Assembly: GCF_900095195.1 (NCBI RefSeq)
Contig: NZ_LT606950.1
Coordinates: forward strand, 1,099,945-1,131,944
Direction: 5' to 3'
From: Polynucleobacter necessarius
GTDB taxonomy: Bacteria > Pseudomonadota > Gammaproteobacteria > Burkholderiales > Burkholderiaceae
Length of the DNA stretch: 32,000 nucleotides
The notes below the pieces were generated by a model that saw only the letters and a program-made list of their open reading frames with translations, ran no database searches and had not been told where the DNA came from. Made by a program: the position numbers and the translations under genes. This document shows, in pieces, positions 8,161 through 17,504 of this stretch (its first letter is position 1; each line of letters starts with the position of its first letter).

Positions 8161-9090
8161 TCTCAGGCAAATCCTTTTGAATGATTTTCAGGCCCTCACG
8201 TAAGGCAGTTTGATAGCGCTCACGCTCTGCTTTCATGGATTCCGAAGTCCAAGAATAAAACCCTTCGCCTGTTTTCATGCCAAACTTGCCGCTTTCAACC
8301 CGACTGCTGAGACACTTTGCAATCGTTGGTGAATTATTTAATGCGGGATAAATCGTAGCCCCTCCAGCAGCATGAACTTCAAGACCAGCGTGATCGTGCT
8401 GCATTGCGGGGCCAGCGGCTATGTAACGAAATCCAAAACCAAACCGTACAGCCTTATCAATATCCTCTGGGGTACAAATTCCTGCGTCAACCATCGCAAA
8501 CGCTTCACGAGACAATGCATGTTGCAAACGATTTGCCAAGACCCTGGCAAATCTTTTTTTACAGTGACTGGAACCCATGCCACACAAGGTCATAAAACGA
8601 GACAAACTCTCTGCAACCATACGGGATGTCTTTTCACCGTACACCACCTCAACACAGGGAACTAAATGTGCCGGCATAAAAAATGTAACCCAATCATCCG
8701 AGCAGCAGTTTTTAAATCGCCGGCGATTTGACTAATCGGAAAGCTAGTGCTGTTACTAGCTAGAACTGCTTCGGATTTTGCGTATTGCTCTAGTTTGGCA
8801 AATAACTCTTGTTTCATATCCAAGCGCTCTGGTACACATTCAATGACCAGATCGATGTCCGCCCAATCCACCTCCTCCAAAGAGCCCGCTATCGAGAGTA
8901 AATGGATACGGCGTTGTATCCCAATTCCGTCATTGGTGTTCGTAAAGTAATCCGGCAATAGCGCACGACGTTCTGTGGTGGGCTCCACTACCTGCACCGC
9001 ACAACCGCCACGAGCGCAGACGGCAGCAACATCAGCGCCCATCGTGCCGCCACCAACCACCACCTTGGTTTGAGCTGGGGTAAACAACAT
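8153..9090 (-). pseudogene. 3-hydroxyacyl-CoA dehydrogenase family (HCDH / lambda-crystallin-like) oxidoreductase, frameshifted
   Basis: An AGGAG RBS precedes the ATG at 9090. The Rossmann motif VVVGGGTMGADVAA is present. ..RMIGLHF breaks at a T6 run (plus-strand A6 at 8678-8683) and resumes as MPAHLVPCVEVVYGEKTS. The conserved VPVTVKKDLPG block is readable only in an alternative frame between about 8540 and 8578. Length 938 nt plus 1 gives 313 codons. Confidence 0.8.
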
Positions 9091-9171
9091 GATTTTTCTC
9101 CTAAAAGGTAGGACTTTTTTCAAAATCCCCATATAATGGGGCCATTATTCCAATAAAAATCTGAGACAAAC

Positions 9172-10099
9172 ATGATTCCCGTCAATTCGGTGTTACAGGT
9201 CGGTTTTTTCCTGAGATTATGCAGGCGGAAATTAATCGTCGCCTAACACCGGTTCGTCAACCAGATGCGAGCGCCCCACCACCATCTGGGAATTTTGAAG
9301 CAATTTTGGTGCGCTCCATACAGCCCTTCCTGAAGCGCTCGTCAAACAGATCCCCAGTATTCGCATGGTATCGACTTGTGGTGTTGGTTATGACAACCTG
9401 CCCCTGAGCTATCTCAAACAACATGGAATCAAAGCAAGCAATACCCCTGGCGTTCTAAATGACGCAGTGTGTGAATTAGCCATCGGCATGATGCTGAGCC
9501 TATTACGACACATTCCCGAATCGCAAGAACATGTTAAATCTGGCGCTTGGTCTAAAGGCGTATTCCCACTCACCACCACATTGGCAGGCAAAAGAATAGG
9601 CATTGTCGGCATGGGTCGCATTGGCCAGGACTTAGCAAGTCGTTTGGAACCATTTAAGGTTGAGATTGCCTATACAGGACCGAGCCCAAAGCCAGTGCCA
9701 TACACCTATTACCCACAAATACTGGATCTAGCCAAAGCGTGCGATGTCATGTTCATAGCTTGCCCAGCGAGTCTGCAAACCGATCGTTTAATCAATGCCA
9801 AGGTGCTAGATGCCCTGGGAAAATCGGCGTATTTAATCAATATTGCACGCGGCAGTGTTATTGATGAAGGAGCACTTTTAGGTGCACTGCAACATAAAGT
9901 AATAGCCGGTGCTGCGTTAGATGTCTTTAACAACGAACCTAATCTCAACCCCGCATTTTTAGATCTTGATAATATCTTACTGACACCCCACATTGGAAGT
10001 GCTACCTTAGAAACACGGATAGCCATGACAAACTTAGCTATAGATAATTTAGAGGCATTCTTTAAAAAACAACCACTTCCCTCAGAAGTGCATTATTAA
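9172..10099 (+). pseudogene. D-isomer-specific 2-hydroxyacid dehydrogenase (glyoxylate/hydroxypyruvate reductase-like), two frameshifts in the N-terminal domain
   Basis: MIPVNSVLQVGFF is in frame 1. The frame shifts at the T6/CC run (9204-9211) to ..MQAEINRRLTP..FEAILVRS in frame 3, then shifts near 9318 to TALPEALVKQIPSIRMVSTCGVGYDNL...GMGRIGQDLA...HIGSAT in frame 2. Length 928 nt plus 2 gives 310 codons. Confidence 0.85.
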
Positions 10100-10112
10100 A
10101 TTGGAGACAGTA

Positions 10113-10135
10113 TGACCATCGCTTGACCATCGCTT
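10113..10135 (+). repeat. 11-bp perfect tandem duplication (TGACCATCGCT x2) across the start of the dapA-like gene
   Basis: The sequence reads A-TGACCATCGCT-TGACCATCGCT-T. The SD-proximal ATG (10112) now reads ATG ACC ATC GCT TGA, a 4-codon ORF. The second copy provides TTG (10123) followed by ACC ATC GCT TTG CAT.., the same MTIALH N-terminus. Confidence 0.9.
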
Positions 10136-11052
10136 TGCATCCCTCAACTTTGCCAGCAGTGGTATCGCCTGTGTTGACGCCCTTCAAGGCAGATGGCAAT
10201 CCTGATGCTCAAAAACTTCTGAAGCAATGTAAATGGCTGGAGTCGAATGGAGTCGGTCAGGCCGTCTTTGGCACCAATTCAGAGGCAAACTCAATGTCCG
10301 CCCCCCAGAAGATGAGCACACTCACGACATTGATTGAGGGCGGCCTAAATCCAGCCCACATGATGCCAGGTACAGGCGCAACCTCTATTGACGCTACGGT
10401 CAATATGACACGTCATGCAGTGAACCATCAATGCGCTGGTGTGCTCATGCTTCCACCGTTCTACTACAAAGATGTAACCGATGATGGTTTGTTTGCTTAC
10501 TTCTCCGAAGTGATTCAAAAAGTAGGGAGTTCAGCGTTGCAGATTTATATCTACAACATGCCGCCGGTTACCAAAATCAATCTCAGCCTATCGCTGCTCG
10601 AACGCTTAACAAAAGAATATCCAAAAACGGTTGTGGGCATGAAAGATAGTTCTGGCGATTGGGCTTATACCGAATCTGTCATTAAGCTTCTAGCCCCCTC
10701 CAGCTTCCGCGTTTACGCTGGTAGCGAAGTATTCTTGATACGCACTCTGCGAGCAGATGGTGTCGGCTGTATTTCAGCTACTACTACTAATGTGAATCCA
10801 CAAGCAATTGCTGATCTTGCTGCACACTGGCGCGAATCCAATGCGGATGAACGTCAAGCTGTGCTCGATAAAGTTCGCGGCGTATTTGCAAAATACCAAA
10901 TGATTGCTGGCATGAAAACAGCCGTAGCGCATTACAGCAACGATCCCGAGTGGTTACGTGTTCGGCCCCCGCTAACGCAATTAAGCGCTGATCAACAAGC
11001 GCAATTGTTAAGCGAATTAAAGCAAATTCAATTTAGTATGCCGGGTCTTTAA
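10123..11052 (+). CDS. Dihydrodipicolinate synthase family (DapA/KDG-aldolase-like) lyase; start displaced by the duplication, so possibly impaired
   Basis: The 309-aa ORF runs from the TTG. Family motifs include GTNSEANSMS (GTTGE-like), YIYNMP and GMKDSSGD (the Schiff-base Lys context). The body of the gene is uninterrupted. Confidence 0.7.
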   Translation: MTIALHPSTLPAVVSPVLTPFKADGNPDAQKLLKQCKWLESNGVGQAVFGTNSEANSMSAPQKMSTLTTLIEGGLNPAHMMPGTGATSIDATVNMTRHAVNHQCAGVLMLPPFYYKDVTDDGLFAYFSEVIQKVGSSALQIYIYNMPPVTKINLSLSLLERLTKEYPKTVVGMKDSSGDWAYTESVIKLLAPSSFRVYAGSEVFLIRTLRADGVGCISATTTNVNPQAIADLAAHWRESNADERQAVLDKVRGVFAKYQMIAGMKTAVAHYSNDPEWLRVRPPLTQLSADQQAQLLSELKQIQFSMPGL

Positions 11053-11086
11053 TTAACAATCTAAACAGTATTCACAGGAGACAACT

Positions 11087-12037
11087 ATGAAGCTATTCAA
11101 ATGGATTGCACTATCCTTCACTTTTATATGCGCTAGCGTAAGTGCACAAAACCTTTCAATCGCTACAGGCGGCACTGGCGGTGTGTACTACCCGATGGGC
11201 GGTGGTTTAGCCGCCGTTCTATCGAGCAAAGTCCCTGGCATGTCAGCCACCGCCGAGGTTACTGGGGGATCTGTTGATAACTTGAAATTGGTTGGCACAG
11301 GAACACCATATGTTGCTTTTTCAATGGCTGATGCTGCCAAAGACGCCACATCCGGTGCCGATAAATTTAAAGATAAACCTATCGATATTCGAACCCTTTT
11401 AATTCTTTATCCAAATCAGATGCATGTTGCTACTGTTGAATCAACAGGTATCAAAACCATGGCGGATCTTAAGAGCAAACGAATAAGCACTGGGTCTCCT
11501 GGAAGCGCTACTGAAGTCATGGCATTCCGCCTTCTTGAGGCTGCAGACATAGATCCAAACAAAGACATTAAGCGTGAGCGTTTAAGTGTGGCGGAATCCG
11601 TTAATGCAGTAAAAGACCGAAAAATTGACGCGTTTTTCTGGGTAGGCGGCTTGCCAACAGCAGCAGTGACAGACTTAGCCAATAGCCCCGGAATGAAGAT
11701 CGTCATGATCGATACCGCTGCAGAAGTGCCAGCCATGAATAAGAAATATGGCAACCTATACTTTCCCTCAGTGATTACTAAACAAACATATAGCGGCATG
11801 GCTAAGGACAACAATGTGGCGGCTGTAGCGAATTTACTGGTGGTAAGCGCTTCCATGTCAAATGATGAGGCCTACAAAATTGTCAAAGCAATATTTGACA
11901 ATCAATTGGACTTAGTAAGATCACACGCGGAATATCGTAATGTGAAGTTAGATGCGCAAAAAGCAAGCGCAACTCCAATCGCCTATCATCCTGGCGCATT
12001 AAAGTACTTTAAAGAAAAAGGTATCAAGGTCAATTAA
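11087..12037 (+). CDS. TAXI-family TRAP transporter solute receptor
   Basis: A CAGGAG RBS precedes the start. The signal peptide is MKLFKWIALSFTFICASVSA|QN, and the hallmark TGGTGGVYYPMGGG is present. At 316 aa it is full length for the family. Confidence 0.9.
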   Translation: MKLFKWIALSFTFICASVSAQNLSIATGGTGGVYYPMGGGLAAVLSSKVPGMSATAEVTGGSVDNLKLVGTGTPYVAFSMADAAKDATSGADKFKDKPIDIRTLLILYPNQMHVATVESTGIKTMADLKSKRISTGSPGSATEVMAFRLLEAADIDPNKDIKRERLSVAESVNAVKDRKIDAFFWVGGLPTAAVTDLANSPGMKIVMIDTAAEVPAMNKKYGNLYFPSVITKQTYSGMAKDNNVAAVANLLVVSASMSNDEAYKIVKAIFDNQLDLVRSHAEYRNVKLDAQKASATPIAYHPGALKYFKEKGIKVN

Positions 12038-12053
12038 GCTGACATAGGCCAAT

Positions 12054-12076
12054 AGGGGTGAGTTAATCTCACCCCT
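12054..12076 (+). other. Stem-loop in the receptor-permease intergenic spacer
   Basis: AGGGGTGAG-TTAAT-CTCACCCCT is a 9-bp perfect stem, 17 nt after the receptor stop, with no T-run following. This resembles the intercistronic hairpins often seen after binding-protein genes (mRNA stabilisation or partial attenuation). Confidence 0.45.
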
Positions 12077-12120
12077 TCTGCATTAAGAAACGCATAAATA
12101 TAAAAAAGATAGGTTGAGAC

Positions 12121-14133
12121 ATGAACCAAAACACCATTGATCATGAGACCCAAGAAAAATTAGATGCCTTTATCAAGCAGGAAGAGGGCGACCCAAATGA
12201 TTACAAAGGTTTATTAGCTAAGTTCATTACTTTGGTTGCCGTGGGCATGTCTTTGTTTCACCTATACGCTGCTTTCTCGATTGTTCCAACTCAACAGCTG
12301 CGGGTAATCCACGTCGCTTTAGTCTTGTTTCTGGTCTTCTTGAGCTTTCCAAGCATGGCTCGCTTTAAGAAACGCCTGATGCCATGGGATGTGATCTTTG
12401 CCCTTGGATCCATTGCCATCGCATATTACATTTTGTCTGGCGGCGATGATTTCATGGACAGAAATACCGCACCCAACTCTACAGACGTCATCGTGGGTAT
12501 TGGGCTAATTATCCTGATACTCGAGAGCGTTCGCAGAACCAATGGTATGGTGTTGGTAACCGTGACGGTATTATTTTTGCTGTACGCATTATTTGGTAAT
12601 TATTTGCCAGCCCCATGGACCCACAAAGGCTATGGCTTAGATCGTCTGGTAGGCTATATGTACATGACGCTAGAGGGTGTTTATGGAACAGCCGTGGATG
12701 TCTCTGCAACACTGATCATTCTGTTTACTATCTTTGGCGCCTTTTTACAATTTACAGGCGCCGGAAAATTTTTCATTGATTTTTCATTTGCAGCAATGGG
12801 TGGAAAATCCTCTGGTGTTGGAAGAACCATTGTTCTATCGTCTTTCCTAATGGGCGGCCCCTCTGGGTCAGGCGTTGCCACTACGGTAACTGTAGGCTCT
12901 GTTGCGGCACCAATGCTCGATAAGGTTGGCTACGAAAAGAATGCTGCAGGTGGCCTCCTAGCTGCAGGTGGTCTTGGTGCCATTATTTCACCGCCTGTAT
13001 TAGGAGCAGCTGCATTTTTGATTGCAGACTTTCTCAAGATCTCTTACTTGGATGTATTGCTGATGGCAACCATCCCCACCATTCTGTTTTATTTGGGTTT
13101 ATTTGTCATGGTGGAAATCGACGTGCGCAAATATGGCATGAAAAATATTCATTTTGAATCTGCTGAATCCGCCTGGCAACTAACTAAAAAATACTGGTTC
13201 CATTTCTTTTCACTAATTTCGATTGTGGTATTCATGATGTTCGGCTTCTCGCCAGTCATGTCAGTGTTCTGGGCGACAGTTGTTTCATCATTCTCCAGCA
13301 TGCTGCGAGAAGATACCGCGATCATCCCCTGGGCCTGGTTTAAGGGCAAAGAACCCATCTTATCCGGACTATACAAATCCAACCTAACTAGTGCTTTAGC
13401 TTCCGGCTCAACTGGCGTGTTAGCCATTGCGGCAACTTGCGCCGGAGCTGGTCTCTTTGTTGGTACAGTCACACTAACTGGACTGGGATTGAAATTTAGT
13501 TCGATTGTGATTCAATATGCTGGTGGCTCTTTGCTTCTAACTGCCATCTTCACCGCCCTCATTGTTTGGATTGTTGGTCTTGCAGTTCCAGTAACGGCGT
13601 CTTACATTATTTGTGCAGTCATCGCCGCACCCACCCTAATTAATTTGGGCGTACCGGCATTTGCTGCTCATATGTTTATCTTTTATTACGCCGTTTTATC
13701 GGAGGTTTCTCCTCCAACTGCGTTGTCCCCTTTTGCAGCAGCAGCCATTTGCAAAGGAAATCCCTACAGAACAATATTGCAAACCTGGAAATATGTTGCC
13801 CCAGCAATTTTGGTGCCATTCATGTTCGTTCTCAATAAGTCAGGCGTGAGCTTATTGTTGATGGGTTCCAGCAATGCGCTTGAACAAGCAGATTGGTCTC
13901 AGATTGCATGGATTTCATTTACCGCTGTGATTGGGATTATCTGTTTGGCAGGCGGATTGCAAGGCTGGTTTATTGAGAAGACCAAAACCTTTGAGCGCAT
14001 CATGATGGTTGTATCCGGGGTTGCGCTTGCCTACCCTTCCACAGAAGCTGACCTCATTGGCTTTATTGGTTTTGGAGTGGTGCTTATTACACAAGCTCTC
14101 ACCTATTTCAAACTGAATCGCAGATCATCCTAA
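12121..14133 (+). CDS. TRAP transporter fused permease (4TM/12TM fusion type that partners TAXI receptors)
   Basis: An uninterrupted 670-aa polytopic membrane protein. Its length and position directly after a TAXI receptor are typical. Confidence 0.85.
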   Translation: MNQNTIDHETQEKLDAFIKQEEGDPNDYKGLLAKFITLVAVGMSLFHLYAAFSIVPTQQLRVIHVALVLFLVFLSFPSMARFKKRLMPWDVIFALGSIAIAYYILSGGDDFMDRNTAPNSTDVIVGIGLIILILESVRRTNGMVLVTVTVLFLLYALFGNYLPAPWTHKGYGLDRLVGYMYMTLEGVYGTAVDVSATLIILFTIFGAFLQFTGAGKFFIDFSFAAMGGKSSGVGRTIVLSSFLMGGPSGSGVATTVTVGSVAAPMLDKVGYEKNAAGGLLAAGGLGAIISPPVLGAAAFLIADFLKISYLDVLLMATIPTILFYLGLFVMVEIDVRKYGMKNIHFESAESAWQLTKKYWFHFFSLISIVVFMMFGFSPVMSVFWATVVSSFSSMLREDTAIIPWAWFKGKEPILSGLYKSNLTSALASGSTGVLAIAATCAGAGLFVGTVTLTGLGLKFSSIVIQYAGGSLLLTAIFTALIVWIVGLAVPVTASYIICAVIAAPTLINLGVPAFAAHMFIFYYAVLSEVSPPTALSPFAAAAICKGNPYRTILQTWKYVAPAILVPFMFVLNKSGVSLLLMGSSNALEQADWSQIAWISFTAVIGIICLAGGLQGWFIEKTKTFERIMMVVSGVALAYPSTEADLIGFIGFGVVLITQALTYFKLNRRSS

Positions 14134-14157
14134 CGAGATTTTCTGAGATGCATGGAA

Positions 14158-14189
14158 TTCAGCCCGCTATTGTGGGCTGAACTCTTTTT
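14158..14189 (+). terminator. Rho-independent terminator of the TRAP operon
   Basis: TTCAGCCC-gctattgt-GGGCTGAA is followed by CTCTTTTT (T5 at 14185-14189). Confidence 0.7.
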
Positions 14190-14216
14190 AAGAGAGGCCT
14201 CTTACAAGACTCATCC

Positions 14217-15348
14217 TCAGGAAATCTTAGTCCAAGGAGATTTGCCAGCATATTTCTGTATTGACGCTTCATCAAACTCAAATCCAAGACCTGGGGTTTT
14301 ATGCAAAATGAGATCCCCATTTTTAAATGCCAACTGCTTATTGATTAATCTGCGGAAATTGAGCACCTGATCGTCCAAGAAAAATTCTACGAAGCGTGCG
14401 TTAGGTGTTGCCGCTACTAGTGGCGCATGCAAATCATGAAACCAATGCGGGCACGCTGCAATCCCTTTGACATCAGCATAGGCAGAAATACGACGCCATT
14501 CGGTAATACCACCACAAACAGCGGCATCGGACTGCAAAATAATCGCACCACCAGATTCAATGAGCTCTCTAAAGCGCCAACGACCCGCCTCCATTTCTCC
14601 GGGCGACATTGATGGTAGTTTGTCGAGCTAGCGCAGCATGCAAGTCAATCGCATCTGGAGAAAATGGCTCTTCTATCCAATACGGGTTATAGGCCTCAAA
14701 CCTGCGGACATACTCTAGCGCTGTGGGCAGATCTCGCCAGGCATTGTTGGCATCCAGCGTCAATAGAACTTCATCACCAATGGCTTTGCGTACAGCCTTA
14801 ACACGTGTTTCCTCTTCTGCAGGCGATAAACGTCCGACTTTCATTTTGACGGCCCTAAAGCCTTGCTTTACATACGACTCCACATCCTTACCAAGCTTGG
14901 CCGGCGTTTTTCCATCAAGGTAGTAGCCACCACTCGCATAAGCAGGCACACGATCATCAACAACCGATCCGAGGTATTGGTGTAAAGGTAGCCCAGCAGA
15001 TCGGGCATTTAAATCCCAAAGAGCAGTATCTAATATTGAAATCCCCCGCATTACAGCACCAGTACGCCCTTGCAAAATGGATTCGCTATACATTTCCATC
15101 CAGAGGCCCTCGGAGCGATGGCTGTTCTGACCAATCAATTTTGGTGCCAGCAGTTGCTGAACAGCAATTTTGGCAATTTCACCGCCTGCACTACCAACAT
15201 AGCAAAAGCCCATTCCCTCATTGCCATCCTTGCCGCAGACTTTTACTAAACAATAATGTCGCTCAGATACAGTGCGAGTGGAAAATGAGGTGACCTTATC
15301 GAGAGGTACTGCGACTGATGTTACCTGCACTGATTCAATAATCGGCAT
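14217..15348 (-). pseudogene. Enolase-superfamily enzyme (mandelate racemase / muconate lactonizing enzyme family, probable acid-sugar dehydratase), frameshifted
   Basis: The N-terminal 259 codons are intact in sequence (AVKMKVG, LTLDANNAW, WIEEP). After ..ARQTTINVA the frame breaks near 14600, and the protein continues as GEMEAGRWRFRELIESGGAIILQSDAAVCGGITEW... in another frame. Confidence 0.85.
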
Positions 15349-15389
15349 CTGAACTCCTTAATCAAAAATTTATTTTATCCAGTATTCCA

Positions 15390-16922
15390 ATGCTTGATTT
15401 GGCAGCATTTATGGCAATTTATTGCACTACAACAAAAGAATTCAGCCATGGTTTCACATTATTAGATAATGATTCTGTGAAAAAAATTGTGTCCGCTTAT
15501 CGCCTCCTTGCCAGAAAGCTCGCATTTATCCTGAGGGGCAGCCTCATTGGCCTGACTTTAGGCTTTAGTCAGATATCTGAAACTAAAACACCAGCTCAAA
15601 AATCCAACGAGAACCGCCAAAAGGTGACGGTGCAAAACACAAAATCGGTGGGGTTTAAGGATAAATCTGTAGTAACCAACTCTAAAACTAACAGCATGAG
15701 CATGAGCCTGAATCCATCGCTCTTTCAGAAAAAAAGTCCGGATGAGTTGATGCTCAATATAGATGCGAATCTAGACTACCGAGTCTCGCAAGGTTGTCTC
15801 CAGCGTAGCTTTTTTGAAGGTAACTTACCGGCAAGCATTGGGATTAATAACCCACAGTTTTCTGAGTTTTTCAAAAGCCAAACGAAAAACTTTTTTGAGA
15901 AGATGCGTGGCAACTGCATTCCATATGCTGTGGCATTCACCACTCGCAATAAGTTCGACTCTCTCAGCATCATGAATGGCCCTATCCAAGATAGCAAAAC
16001 CGAAGTTTGGACATTTACGCCATCTGCTTTTGGCGGGTTCTTGGTGCAGCAAGATTTTCTACGCAATGAATCTAAAAATCTCACCGAAATTCGCGTACCA
16101 CTCAAAGAAGTTTTATACGACCCTCGCAAATTGGGAGACAAGTTACCAGTCGAGTTAGTTTGGGAGCTTAATTCGATCATCAAGCAGATTTACCCAGAAG
16201 CAAATAACTCACTAGAGAATACCAACAGCATCGTGCGCCTCATTGTTGATTTTGGAGACCGTGAAAAGTGGGCGCAAATTTGGGCGGCGGAGATTATTGA
16301 CCTTTCCAATAAGGAAGTATTTGCTAGCGCCTTTTGGGTTGAACGCAACGATATACCGGGCGCTTTCTTCACGAGCAACGGCGAATCCCTTGAGCAATCA
16401 TTTTGGACCAATCCACTAAGTTATCGCCGTATCTCACGCGGTGTCGGCATGGTCCGTGCTGGTGCCCCGAAACGATCCAAGAATAATCCTGCCGTAACTC
16501 AACTCGCACCCACAAAACAACGCTATCGCACCCACATGGGCATCGACTATGCCGCTCCCGTGGGAACACCAATCTTTAGTGTAGCCAATGGCAAAGTGGT
16601 CCATCTTGGCTATAGTGGCGCATTCGGAAAATTAATCGTTTTAGAGCATCCTGGCGGATATCACACTTACTATGCTCATCTGAGTGGCTACAACTCAGAG
16701 CTAGACGTCGGTAATGAGATACGTCGCGGACTAGAAATTGGTTATGTTGGATCTACCGGTAGATCCACAGGTCCACATCTGCATTTTGAACTACGAAAAA
16801 ATGGTATCTATGTTGATCCATATGCTACTAAGACACAATTAGATCTGTGGTCAATGCGCGATAGTGAAAGCGGGCAACTTACTCGCGAGATATTGCTTTT
16901 TGGCAGTCCAATGTCACGTTAA
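15390..16922 (+). CDS. M23/LytM-family metallopeptidase with a long N-terminal domain
   Basis: The C-terminal catalytic domain reads HMGIDYAAPVGTPIFSVANGKV...YYAHLS...GSTGRSTGPHLHFELR. An N-terminal hydrophobic anchor (LAFILRGSLIGLTLGF) is present. The start is uncertain (ATG 15390, ATG 15411 or GTG 15478) and no clear SD is seen. Confidence 0.8.
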   Translation: MLDLAAFMAIYCTTTKEFSHGFTLLDNDSVKKIVSAYRLLARKLAFILRGSLIGLTLGFSQISETKTPAQKSNENRQKVTVQNTKSVGFKDKSVVTNSKTNSMSMSLNPSLFQKKSPDELMLNIDANLDYRVSQGCLQRSFFEGNLPASIGINNPQFSEFFKSQTKNFFEKMRGNCIPYAVAFTTRNKFDSLSIMNGPIQDSKTEVWTFTPSAFGGFLVQQDFLRNESKNLTEIRVPLKEVLYDPRKLGDKLPVELVWELNSIIKQIYPEANNSLENTNSIVRLIVDFGDREKWAQIWAAEIIDLSNKEVFASAFWVERNDIPGAFFTSNGESLEQSFWTNPLSYRRISRGVGMVRAGAPKRSKNNPAVTQLAPTKQRYRTHMGIDYAAPVGTPIFSVANGKVVHLGYSGAFGKLIVLEHPGGYHTYYAHLSGYNSELDVGNEIRRGLEIGYVGSTGRSTGPHLHFELRKNGIYVDPYATKTQLDLWSMRDSESGQLTREILLFGSPMSR

Positions 16923-16943
16923 GCCTTCAAGACACCGAATAAA

Positions 16944-16965
16944 AAAAGGGCTCATGAGCCCTTTT
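16944..16965. terminator. Bidirectional rho-independent terminator between the M23 peptidase gene and uspA
   Basis: AAAAGGGCTCA|TGAGCCCTTTT is a perfect palindrome, with an A-run on one side and a T-run on the other. Confidence 0.8.
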
Positions 16966-16986
16966 GCTTTTCAAGTTCTACAACGA

Positions 16987-17427
16987 TTAACCAAGAACGA
17001 GAACCGGTAATTTCGAGTGCACGATTACTTTATGGGTCTCGCTACCCAGTAGCACCCCTTTGATGCCAGTACGCTTGTGGGATACCATCACAATCATATC
17101 CGCCTTTGCCTTTTTAGCACCGTCCAAGATACCTTCTGAAAGATTCGTATTGGCGATATGCAATGAATTGGCTTTTACGCCGGATCCAAGGGCGGTAGCA
17201 GCTTTCTTAAAAACATCCTTAGCGTAAGCATCGCATGCTGCCTTATGCTCTTTAGCCGATACGCCGTAGCCCATCGTGCTATCTGAATACACCAATGGAG
17301 GTAGGGGATCGGAAACATAGACCAAAGTAACTGCCGCACCATCCGCCTTTGCTAATTCAGCGACTTTCTTCAAAGAATTTTTACTAACATCCGAACCATC
17401 GACTGGTACCAATAAATGCTTAAACAT
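16987..17427 (-). CDS. uspA: Universal stress protein (UspA family)
   Basis: MFKHLLVPVDGSDVSKNSL...MIVMVSHKRTGIKGVLLGSETHKVIVHSKLPVLVLG is a classic Usp fold signature. AGGAGATAGG precedes the ATG. Confidence 0.9.
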   Translation of the reverse strand: MFKHLLVPVDGSDVSKNSLKKVAELAKADGAAVTLVYVSDPLPPLVYSDSTMGYGVSAKEHKAACDAYAKDVFKKAATALGSGVKANSLHIANTNLSEGILDGAKKAKADMIVMVSHKRTGIKGVLLGSETHKVIVHSKLPVLVLG

Positions 17428-17504
17428 ATGCCTATCTCCTAAAAAATTAAACTATTGGCCTGTTATTTCCATCATAATCCTTATTATTACGCTATCAAAG
17501 CACA

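Noticed and set aside
14152-14370. 72-aa plus-strand ORF after the TRAP permease
   Set aside because: It runs through the operon terminator hairpin and lies antisense to the enolase-superfamily pseudogene. It has no RBS.
17485-17498. FNR-like site TATTA-CGCT-ATCAA upstream of uspA
   Set aside because: Only one good half-site is present and the other half matches poorly. It is not distinguishable from chance in AT-rich DNA.
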